Part shown: positions 26,195 through 36,949 of the stretch, one piece after another
Numbering within the stretch: position 1 is the stretch's first letter
Layout: every line of letters begins with the position of its first letter
Assembly (NCBI GenBank): GCA_002104905.1
Contig: MCFE01000252.1
Coordinates: 1-64,000, forward strand
Origin: Basidiobolus meristosporus CBS 931.73
Taxonomy: Eukaryota > Fungi > Basidiobolomycota
Length of the DNA stretch: 64,000 nucleotides
Direction of reading: 5' to 3'
The notes under the pieces: generated by a model
What the model was told of the DNA's origin: nothing
The model's input: the letters and a program-made list of their open reading frames with translations, nothing else
Database searches by the model: none
Made by a program: the position numbers and the translations under genes

Positions 26195-27288
26195 TGTGGT
26201 AATGGAAAGTATTCCATTACTACAATATCTCTAAACCAATATTGCACTCATTTCTTTATTTTGCTTTTTGCTATCATAACACACAAGTGAAAGATCAAGA
26301 ATTTCCAACTTTGATGAACAAATGCTCCAGACCCTGACAAGCAATCCACCCAAGAATATTATGTCATACAGAACACGTAGTAGCCAACACATGTTTCAAA
26401 TTACAGCTCATTTGAAGCAGTACTTAAGGAGTTATGACCAAAAGAGTCCAACTATTATATATGCTATGCCTTATTGCTAGGATTACTATGGTGACTTTGA
26501 TCGCGTGTAACTTTCAAACCAGCTGAAAAATAAAGAGGGAGCCTCTCTTTCCAGAATCTGCACACTACAATTACAAGTTTAAAGGTTATAAGACTTCCCC
26601 TGCATCACTTGCACTGTTGAGTATTCTGACTTTGATTGGTACTACATCAGTAAAGAGACTGCAAAGCTCACAAGAACCCAATCTAAGTTCTACAAGAAAC
26701 TACCACTTTTCTGTCGGAAAAGTCCCCTCTAAAAAGCCCCTTTACACTAAAGACACCCCTTTAGACACCCCTTTAGTCTAAAGACCCCTTTAGAGACCCC
26801 TTTAAGAAACCCCTTTACTCTAAAGAAGCCCCTTTAGGCACCCCTTTAGTGTAAAGTCCACTTTAGAGACCACTACAAGAAGCCCCTTTACTCTAAAGAC
26901 ACCCCTTTAGACACCCCTTTAGGTCTAAAGACCCCTTTAGAGACTTCTACAACACACCCCTTTAGGTTAAAGGGGAGTTCAGAATTTCCATATTAGGAAA
27001 TATTTTCTCAGAAAGGAAAGTGACTTCCAAATAAGGAAAAGTTACTATAAAAGTAAATAAGCCCATTAGTTGACAGAAGGTCAGAACACTGCTGTAGAAG
27101 TGATAAACACTGCCTACAGTATATTTTGAGCCCAAGATTGAGGAAATTAGTGAAAGTTATATCTTCTATTGGTATATCAAACTCCCAATAAACTATTTCA
27201 GTATTGGCATACTGGAAGTTGTTGTATATTGTTGATTAGCCTCTACATTGTAGAACAAGCCCCAAACTAATTATAATACAACACAACA
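26195..27288. mobile_element. 1094-bp TG...CA insertion (probable solo LTR), 4-bp TSD GATC, inside the gypsy-2 3' LTR
   Basis: cagta-GATC|TGTGG...CAACA|GATC-ataaca; removing it restores the LTR end seen at ~13325-13337. Confidence 0.75.
26720..26975. repeat. CCCCTTTA(G/C) minisatellite with interspersed CTAAAG inverted units
   Basis: Many CCCCTTTA units at ~11-20 bp spacing; a ~60-bp block recurs ~144 bp later; ends in the hairpin ccccttta-ggt-taaagggg. Confidence 0.9.
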
Positions 27289-30200
27289 GATCATAACATT
27301 CTCCCCTACTAAAGCTGAGAGGGTTCTCCTCACTCACTTTTCTTGTGATACCAATATCTTGATGGTTCAGTATGGTTAGCAAGTCTTGCAAGCTTGAGTC
27401 TGTCTTTATGAACTAAATCTCATCAGATATTCCCTTGTTTGTCCACTAGTTGGTAAGTTGCAAATGGACATTCTCTGAAAATCTTAGAAGGTCCCATCCA
27501 TTGTGGCACAATCTACTTCCAAGTGTGGTTTCTCAGCAATGCAAAGTTCCCAACTGTCAATGCTTCTGGTGACTTAGTCTTATCAAATCTCTGCTTCATA
27601 TTTTCTACACTTTGAGGCACTTTGGCCTGTGCCTCTTGATGTCTTTGTTTGAGCTGCTGATGTCTACTTAGCTGATTGAGCTCATCTTCTAAGGTGTCTG
27701 TAAGCTTTTGTTGTGTGAGATATTCTGGAATCCTTAGTTCACTTCCTTACACTAAGTAAAATGGTGGTTTTGGGTGGTGTTGTTTACTTTAGCTCTGCAT
27801 GCAAAAAATGCTTCCAAACTTCACAAGGACCTAATGGTAGATGAAACTTACAACTTCATGTTCACTGGCTAAAGGTACTGCTTTAGCCACTGGCCATTAA
27901 CTAGAATGGTCAATCACTACCACAATCCAGTGGTTGCATTTCCTGGTAGTTGGCAGTCTTCCAACAAAGTCACTACCCCATCTTTCAAATGGTCTTACAG
28001 GCTCTAAGGGAAAGAGTTTGCCAATTCTCTGTAATTGGCCTTGGTTGATTTGGCATTTAGGTCATATTCTCACTAGCTTCTCAATATCTTGCTTCATTCA
28101 GTGCCACCATGCTCTAGCTATCACCAGGCTATAGTTCCTTCAATTTCAAGATGTCCATATCCATTGTGTAGCTTATGTATTTAATCCACACAAGCAACAT
28201 CAGCATAAAAAGCAATGGGACTTCCATCAACAGTTTGGTAGAGTGTTTCATCTTGTACCACAAGTTTGCTGGCTTAAGCCTGGATTATCTTCTTGATTGC
28301 TTCATCCACCTCATTAGCAGTGGCTTGGTCCACCAAGTACTTAGTAATAGGCTAGGCCAATCTGATTGATGCACTAAGTTGAGTTGTGCAACTTGTTCTA
28401 ATCTTTATAAGGCATCAGCATCCATGTTGTTTTTCTCAGGGCAGTAGACAATCTCCAAATGAAATTGCTGAGTATATTCACACCATCTTGTCATTCTTGT
28501 GGAGAGTACCTTTTGAAAAATATATACTTGAGGGAGGCATCATTGGTCTTCACAGGGCACTTGACTCCTCCAATATAGCATCTCCATGTCTTCAAACAGT
28601 GTATTATAGCAAGCATCTCCTTCTCATGGACTGGATAGTTTTGTTCTGCTGAGTTCAGTTTCTTGGATTCAAAGGCAATAGAGTAGTCCTTTCCCTTGTG
28701 TTCTTGGCTCAACACTCCACCAAATGCATAATCTGAAGCATCTGTGCACAGAGTGAACTCTTTTCTGAAGTCTGGTATTCTTAAGCTTGGCAGCTTAGCA
28801 AGATCATTCTTGAACGTCTGGAAGGCAGTCTCACAAGCTATGTCCCACTTGTAGGTATTGTCTTTCTTGAGGATATCAGTTAAAGGGGCTGCAATACTTG
28901 CAAAAGACTTGACAAATATCCAATAATAGGAAACCATACAGATTCCCCTTGTCTTCAAGCAGTTTGTTGTAGCAAGTATCTCCTTCTCATACACTGGATA
29001 GTTTTGTTCTGCTGAGTTCAGTTTCTTGAATTCAAACACAAATGGGTAATCCTTCCCCTTGTGTTCTTGGCTCAATGCCCCAGCAATTACATATCTTGAA
29101 GCATCTGTGCACAGGGTAAACTCTTTTCAGAAGTCAGGTATTCATAAACTTTGCAGTTTGGCAAGCTCATTTTTGAACATATGAAAGGCAGTCTTGCAGG
29201 CTATATCCCACTTGAAGGTGTTGTCATTCTTCAGGATATCAGCTAAAGAGGCTGCAATACTTGCAAAGGATTGGACAAATCTCTAAAAATAGGAAACCAT
29301 TCCAAGGAATGATCTGAGTTCTGATATGCTATGGGACTGCCTCAGATACTTGATAGCTTCAACCTTCTTGGGGTCTAAGGTCACTCCTGTGCTAGTCACA
29401 ATGTGTCCCAGATATTCAATGTGTTACTTGAAGAATTCACACTTGGCTGGCTTTCTACATAGCTTGTTTTCACTTAGCTTCTTCAAGACCATTGTGCACC
29501 AAATGACCCACTTCTGTCTTGCTATATATCAATATGTCATCTAGATATATTATCACAAGCCTGTCTAAGTACTCCTGGAAGACTGTCTGCAGTGGGGTCA
29601 TGAATGTTCCAGAGGCATTGGTGAGGCCAAAACACATGACTATGTACTTGTAATGTCCATATCTGGTCCTGTATGCTGTCTTAGGGATGTCTTCTGGCTT
29701 CACTCCACTCTGATTGTCTCCTGACATAAGGTCAATCTTGCTGAATATGGTAGTTCCATTCAGTTGGTCCAAAAGCTCATCAATCCAAGGTATAGGGTAC
29801 ATATTCCTCACAGTAACCAAGTTGAGGGCTCTGTAGTCAAGGTGCATCTTAAGTATTCCATCCTTCTTTGTCACAAAGAAGTACTGGTGCTCCCCAAGGT
29901 GACTTGCTGAGTCTGATATATTGTTGCTCCAATAACTGGTCTATTTGTCTTTTCATCTCCTCCAACTCTAGTGAAATCATTCTTTCAGGTGTTTTACTCA
30001 CAGGAGGGCTGTCTCCTGTGTAAATGGCTTGATCCACATCTCTGACCAGTGGTAGGTTTGCAAGTGCTTCTGGAAATACGTCTGAATATTCCTTCAACAG
30101 AGTCTGGGCCTTGTGGGATGCTGGGGTCAAGGGATCCTCCTGTAATAACACCGTGAGGAATATCTGGGTGCCTTTTCTAAGTGCTCTACAGAGCTATGTC

Positions 30201-30842
30201 TTGCTAAGTTCACTTGTTTCACACACACTGGAATTGACCAAGTTAAAATCCGGTCAGGCAGGTAATAGCCCATAGGTCTTTTTTCCTTCTGGATCTGAGT
30301 TGCTATGGTTCTCTTTATAGCCATTGATATTCATCCTTATTGGATGAGTAATACTGTTAATTACATGAGAGTTTCCATATGCTATTGAGACTGAAGTTGA
30401 TTTGGTAGGTTTGAAGTTGATTCTAGCCTTCAAAGCAAATTGCTCTGACATGTACTCATGTGATGCTCCCAAGTTGATCATGATCTTAACAGGTACTCCA
30501 TTGATTAATGCACTCAAGTATAATAGCTTTCCTGAGTTTGAGGTCATCTGGGATTGGTACACTTCTGTCATATGGAAGGTGAGTTCTGAGTCTTCATCAA
30601 GTTCATCATCCATGTTACTATGCTCAAGGGCCTCAATATGGTTGAAGGTTATTGATGGCTGGTGTCCATTTCTTCTCTGAGGGAAATGCTTTGCAATATG
30701 TCCCTGCTGGTGGCAATTAAAGCAAAGTCCTTTCTTCTTACTTTCTTCTGATGTGGGATTCTTCTGCGTAGCACCTATTTTCATTGGTACTGCTTCTGAT
30801 GGTCTTCTTTCATAGTGATTGTAGTCTCTCCGATTAGTCATT

Positions 30843-31083
30843 ATACTTGTTCCATCATTCCAGCTAATCATAGTGCCCAATAGCGCCATATCAGGCCAGA
30901 TGGTGCCTGATCATGTCACAGAGTGCCAGATGGTGCCTGATCATTTCACAGAGTGCCAGATGGTGCCATACAGTGCCAACTTGGGATCAAAATTGACATA
31001 CATATGACCCTAAAATATCAAATTATTAACAAAATATACAGCACTTTCTGGCACTATGATCTATGACACAATGGAACAAGTCT
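30843..31083. mobile_element. Short MITE (241 bp) sharing the foldback TIR, 3-bp TSD ATT
   Basis: att|ATACTTGTTCC...GGAACAAGTCT|att; removing it with one ATT gives ungapped alignment to gypsy copy 1 near 16695-16712; internal GTGCCAGATGGTGCC repeats. Confidence 0.8.
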
Positions 31084-32568
31084 ATTGTAGGCTTTCCAGC
31101 TCCAAACATAGTTGAGTCATAGTCAATGGCAATCTTGATGGCTTCTTCAATAGTCAGAGGTCTCAATAATTCACCTCCTTGCAAGTTCTTTCTTTTAATC
31201 CATCAATAAAGTATTTCACTTGATTCAGGGGGTCCTTTCTTTCAGTTTGTCAGAGTAGACATCTGTACCCATAGATGTACTCTTCAACCATTCCTTTCTG
31301 TCTAAGTGTCATCAACTCTCTACTTGGTAGTGTCTGCTGGTGTGGAGATTCAAAAACATCTTGAACTTCCAACACAAACTCATCCCAGGTAGAGATTGTA
31401 GACCATCCCATCATTGTGGCTGACCTGGTCTTGTTGTGGCACCACTGTAAAGCTGCATCTGCCAGGTAAGAGGCTGCATAGTGTAACTTGCTCTCTGGAG
31501 CAATTCCCTTAGCCTTGAAAGCTTCTTCAATCTGAAAGAGCCAAGTTCCCAGGTTTTCATTGACTCTACCATGATACCAGTTGACCTTCACACTAATGTT
31601 GCCCTTGACAGTGTTTTGCTGGCTTTGGGCCACAGTAATCATTCCTTGTTGCTTCTGGCTGAGGATCTGGAGTAACTGTTGCTGCTAGACCAGGATTTGC
31701 TGCATAGGATTCCTGCATTCTTGCTTTTCAAACATCTTGAGGGAGGCTTCTTCTTTCTTCAGGAGGGAGGCTTTTGATTATCACTGCTAACAATGTTACA
31801 AGTCTTGGCATAAGAGTTGTAGAGGAACAGGGAGTTTTGCTAGTATTGTAATCACTAAAACTTGAACTGATTTTTACTCAGGTTCCAGCAGCTCCTCATG
31901 TACATTTTGCCAGTTCAATTGCTGACTAATTATATTTCCTAATGTAGGTTGTGGCCAATGACTGATCTGATTGCATCCTCAACACCCAGTAAGATTCTAC
32001 TTATTATATCTCTTTCAGTCTGATAAGGATCTGCGGAATTATTTGCTGACTAATGCTAATGATTTGACAGCTAATACTGATGTACTTATAGACTGAGCCT
32101 ATAACTAATTGATCTGACTAATACCTGATCTAACTTCACATGCAAGCAATAGATCATAACACACACAACAGCAATTCTGTCTATTGTGTTCAGAAGAGCT
32201 TACTATCCTGCTGATGGCAGCAGTATCCCCAACTCAGGCAATAACATGTGCTTTGACATGATGGCCATTTACTAATACACTACTGGAAAGTATATAGATA
32301 TAATCTGATAATAGATACAGGTAAGTATCCATGCAAGAGGGTGATCTCTGCTAACATTCCAGTGAGACTAAATTTGGATCTCTGCTCTGATACTGTAGAT
32401 ATGCAGCAGATTAAGCTAAAGAAGTAACTCAAGAATAACAGAAGCTATTTAAGGCAGGAATACAACCCTATGACAAATTACTTTGACGATTCATGTCAAA
32501 AGGCTGTCACAGATTTAAAATCCAGTGACTAAGGGCTATTGATCCCACCCTAGGTTTCACTAGATGTT

Positions 32569-33302
32569 ATACTTGTTCTGTTGGATAGTGCCACATTGAG
32601 CCATGAGTGCCAAATGATGCCATAGTATGCCAGAGAGGTCAAGTGAGCCTATACTTGGCCGCAGAGTGTGAAACATAGCTCTGCATCTTCATATAAAGCA
32701 GCCCCTGTGTTTCACCCATTGTGTAGGAGAAGATCCATTTTTTGACCTTTTTTTGTGGATCAATGTAGCTCAGGATGTGTAAGAGCACAGGACAACTGAA
32801 GATATCCATCTGGTACTCAATACCCATGGCACTCTGAATCTAGCTCCTGTAGCTTGTATCATGTCACAAAAATGAATGGCACTATCTTGGTCCACTGGTA
32901 CTATCTGGCACTATAAGCGCTTTGTATAGATCTTACTTTAGGGCTAATACTTAAATATAGTGCCAGATAGTACCAGTGGACCAAGATAGTGCCATTCATT
33001 TTTGTGACATGATACAAGCTACAGGAGCTAGATTCAGAGTGCCATGGGTATTGAGTACCAGATGCATATCTTCAATCTGCTTGTGCTCTAACACATCCTG
33101 CATAACATTGATCCAAAAAAAAAGGTCAAAAAATGGATTTTCTCCAACACAATTGGTGAAACACAGGGGCTGCTTTGCATGAAGATGTGGAGCTATGTTT
33201 CACTCTCTGTGGCCAGGTAGAGGCTCACTTGGCCTCTCTGGCACACTATGGCATCATTTGGCACTCATGGCTCAATGTGGCACTATCCAATGGAACAAGT
33301 CT
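32569..33302. mobile_element. Foldback element: ~347-bp inverted arms, 40-bp spacer
   Basis: Arms 32569-32915 and 32956-33302; TIR A(G/T)ACTTGTTC; flanks gtt/att. Confidence 0.88.
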
Positions 33303-33304
33303 AT

Positions 33305-33672
33305 TATTGCAAATCAAGAAGTGATTTGGATGTAAGAGACTTATCAATAAATAGTGATAACAGTTGAACTGTTTTTATTTATAAGGAGGATCAGTGTTTA
33401 TACCTTTGTAGAAGTAATATGGTTGTAACACTAAGTAAGCAGGGTTTCCTCACATTCTGGAGCATTCTGTAATAGTTTTCAGGTTTGTACATAATGTTTG
33501 GTAAAAAGTGTCAATTTGAACTTGACTACAGGGGAATAATCATAGGAGCATAGATTAAAAGAAACTGGCAGAGTTGGGACTGCAAAATAGTCCTACAGTG
33601 ACCAACACTAGTCTAAAGCTGATTGGTGATTTTTTAGCTGCTGAATGATACCAAATTGTCCAATATTTTGAC
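33305..33672 (-). repeat. Copia LTR family B copy
   Basis: Homologous along its length to 22629-22996. Confidence 0.85.
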
Positions 33673-34542
33673 AAATACTTGGTCCAAATTTTATTACAAC
33701 ATTACAAAAGTGGTTTGATTAGCTCTCTGCCAATTTTCTCACTTTCTGGCCCCTGACACTCTATCACCCCCTACATTTGTGTTTGTTAATTTGCTGTTGC
33801 CTCTATTTCACACTCCTTACCTTCTGACTCATCCATTTCTCTTATTGCTCATGCACACTGATTGATTTATATTTGTTGAAACTTTAGATGTACTTAAATT
33901 GCCAATTGTATTGACCTGTTCAAGTCCCTATAGCTTACACTGGCATTGAACTCAACCCCAAGCCCAACAAGTAACTCCATTTAAACTCACCATTCAGTAG
34001 GTATTTCTGCTGCAATGTTCCATTTCCATGACTTGTCATGATCACATGACATCCTTGGTCTCTGATTATTTACCCAAATCAAGTCATTGAAGATATCCCT
34101 GTGCCTTCTAGAATGTTCTACATTCTTGCAACTTCTTGAAAGCTTCAAGTCAACATTAAACAATTGAACATTCTATGGAAGCTTCCCATTAGAATTTATG
34201 CAGTCCCATACTATATATGATAACTGCATGTCACATGACCTAGTCACATGATCAGCTAGCCCCTGACATATCTCCATGTCAAATTACAATCTGTTTTTTA
34301 GTAAATTCTATCATGGCACACTTACTGTGCCTCACCCCCAAACCCCATCAGTATTAGCCAATATCTCTTGGCATCCATAATAGCAAAAAGTATATATAGT
34401 CCTATCCCCCCTCATGTATTATGCAGTTTAATAAACACAGGTTTAGAATAAACAGCCTTGCCTTAGAAACATGTCTAGCCTTGTTGATCCACACCTAAGT
34501 CCTTTCCTGGTCCTGCCTTGCCTAGCTCTACTCTCCTGCCAT

Positions 34543-35614
34543 TGTAATGGGGTGACAGTGACACCCACTGACAGATGTGCTCATTCCCATAATTTCTACT
34601 TCCCTATATCTCTACTACACTTATTTTAGTTTTATCACATTTGTCTTACCTGATCAGTACTATCCCATAAGCCGGTTGACTATCACACCTGCTTACCTTA
34701 TAGCATAAGTTATCCCTCACTTTATGTAATATTACTAGATGTAAGTGCTTCTATATTAGGCAAGTACCCGTGCCAGTACCCAAGACACATGGTCAATCCA
34801 TGTCACCATCCCTGCCATTTTCATACCACATGTGGTATCCCTATGTTACACAGGTTTCAGAGTACTAATTCCTGATTGGTTGGATGTGCTGTACCTCTTA
34901 GAAACTTCCAGCACCTACTTAAAACATTCTTAGGTCATTCTAAAGTCATTAAGACTTCTATTGACATCTGGAACCTTCTGGAACACCCTGATTAGTAATC
35001 ACTGAGCCAGTAAGAAAAGTATATAAGTGAGGCTATCCCTCAACAATAAATCATCATCCCTTTTATCAATATACCACTTGTTGATTAGTGTGATCACTGC
35101 TGCCTGCTGCTACCTGAACTTCTAACCGCAGACCACAGGACATTCCCAGGAAACCATGCTGGCAGCCAGCTGACCTTGGAGGCACTACTTGTGTGGAATA
35201 CTCAGAGTAGGTATATTTTATTATATTTGATTGGTTTCCAAAGTTTGTTCTTGTACAGGCAAAGATACTTTTCTGTCTTAGTGACTATTGACCACAGCTG
35301 CATTCTTATCAAGTCCCTGCTGGTGGAGTTTACAGTTGTTTTGACTTTGGAAGCTTTTGTACACTCTGATCTCAAAGGACATTGAAGCCAGTAAAAGCTT
35401 TTGTTAAGATGCCAACTAAGTTGGAGATTGCAGCTCAATAGTTTTCCATTGACAAGCTTGAGGCTTTATCCCCCTTCACATTAGATTAGATAAAAGACCC
35501 AGTATTCCTAGCAAGCTTTTGCCAGAGGTTATTGCACCCAGTGAACTCCCCATACACATACACACTTCAGAAGTGTTGGCCGTATTTTGCCCTTGGCACT
35601 TATACACCACTACA
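34543..35614 (+). repeat. Gypsy-type LTR family C, long (~1.07 kb) decayed copy
   Basis: TGTAATGG...CCACTACA; shares 'ggcaagtacccg..cagtaccc', 'agaggttattgc.ccc' and 'tacacca' blocks with 48049-48852 and 39064-39785. Confidence 0.75.
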
Positions 35615-35799
35615 CTGTATGGCAGCCTACAGCTGATTCTGTATAATGCTACTGTACCTATTCACAAAATGGTATTTCCTTTTTCTACCTCCCCTTGTGC
35701 AATTCATATATTCCACTGTAGAGTCACCATTCAATACTTGGATTACTTGCACTCTCTTGTGCAGTTACAAGTAACTCTTCATCAGTATTTATATTATTT

Positions 35800-36947
35800 G
35801 CCTGCTCTAGTATCTGTTTTTTACCTGCTTGTTTCTCCATACATTCTCTTGCCCAGTGTCCTGATTCTGACAGTAGTTGTAGCAGCCAGGTTGTCCATGG
35901 TTTTGTTGCTTTCCTTTCTTTTCTGTGTGCCTTTCTGAGCCAAATAAAGCATTATCTTCAATTTTCTCTGCTTGCTGATTATATCTGAGATCTTCATGGA
36001 GAAGTCTTCTTTTGACATATTCTAAAGTCAGATTGTCTTCTAGGCTTTCAAATAATAGTATGAGTGGCTCAAAGCAGACAGATTATCTTTTTCTCATCAT
36101 ATACACCAGCATTAATAATGTTAGTTCTTCAGCAAGTGTCTCCATTCCAGCAATAAGTTGTAGCACGTCATCATCTGGCTTCTTTCACATGTTGAGGAAA
36201 TTTTGCTTAAGTAAAGCCTGCTTGATACTGCCTGTACTCTAAAGATCTTGTCTCAGGAATCCTGTGCTGCTTTGGCAGTATTAGAAGCATGAATTTGTTT
36301 GATGGAGGAATCTTGCACACTACCACTTATGGCATTAAAGGCTTTTCTCTCCATCTCTTGAGACTTTTCAACTTCTTCCGCTGCTCCTTTGTGCTCAACC
36401 TCCCTTCCTGTTCCTATATTCTAGAGCATTTTTTCCTCAAGGTGGATCTGCATCTGGATTCTCCAAAGTCTGTAGTTCTTTCAATCAGTCCTCTCCTTTA
36501 CAGGGAAGATGTTTGTATTGATTAGTTTGCTGTAAGATGCTATTCTTTGATTAGATTAAGGCAACTGGGGCTCATTACCTGTTGTAATTTAAGAATTGAT
36601 TTGGATATAAGAAACTTATAAGAAATAGTGATAATACTTGAGCTGTTGTTTATGCAGAAATAAGTACAGTATTAATACCATTGTAGAAGTAATATAACTG
36701 TAACACTAAGTATGGAGGGTTTTTCAACATTCAGGAGCATTCTGTGGCAGTTTCAGGGCCAGTACATAATGCCTGGTAAAAGTGCTATTATGATCTTGAC
36801 TATAAGGGAATAATCATAGGATCATAGATGAGAAGAGAGTGGCAAAGTTAGGGCTGTAATTTAGTCCTACAGTGACCAAGACTAGTCCGGACTTGTTAAG
36901 TAAGCTTTTAGCTGCTGAATGATACCAAATAGTCCAATATTTCAACA
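35800..36947 (-). mobile_element. 5' end of a copia family B element (LTR ~36581-36947, PBS, gag remnant)
   Basis: Minus strand LTR followed by GGTAATGAGCCCC (copia-type PBS) and a degenerate gag. Confidence 0.8.
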
Positions 36948-36949
36948 AG

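Larger units (their letters stand above)
25835..32163 (-). mobile_element. Ty3/gypsy copy 2 (same family as copy 1), TSD CACA, carrying nested insertions
   Basis: 5' LTR ~31795-32163; 3' LTR 25835-26194 + 27289-27298; PPT AGTAGGGGAGAA (minus strand) at ~27300-27311; gag 31250-31642; PR, RT, RNase H and IN remnants 27400-30840. Confidence 0.92.
24010..32410 (-). mobile_element. CACTA copy D, split by gypsy copy 2
   Basis: 24010-25834 and 32164-~32410 rejoin colinearly with the Tnp2 sequence at ~41950-42230 and 5030-5290. Confidence 0.75.

Noticed and set aside
26720-26975. Possible CRISPR array or interstitial telomere
   Set aside because: No unique spacers of regular length, the context is eukaryotic, and the unit is not TTAGGG; it is a degenerate minisatellite.
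30885-30975. Direct repeats with short spacers (CRISPR-like)
   Set aside because: The intervening sequences are themselves near-identical and lie within MITE TIRs.
34034-34267. TGTCA...TGACA-bounded segment, possible small solo LTR
   Set aside because: No TSD and no second copy in the window.
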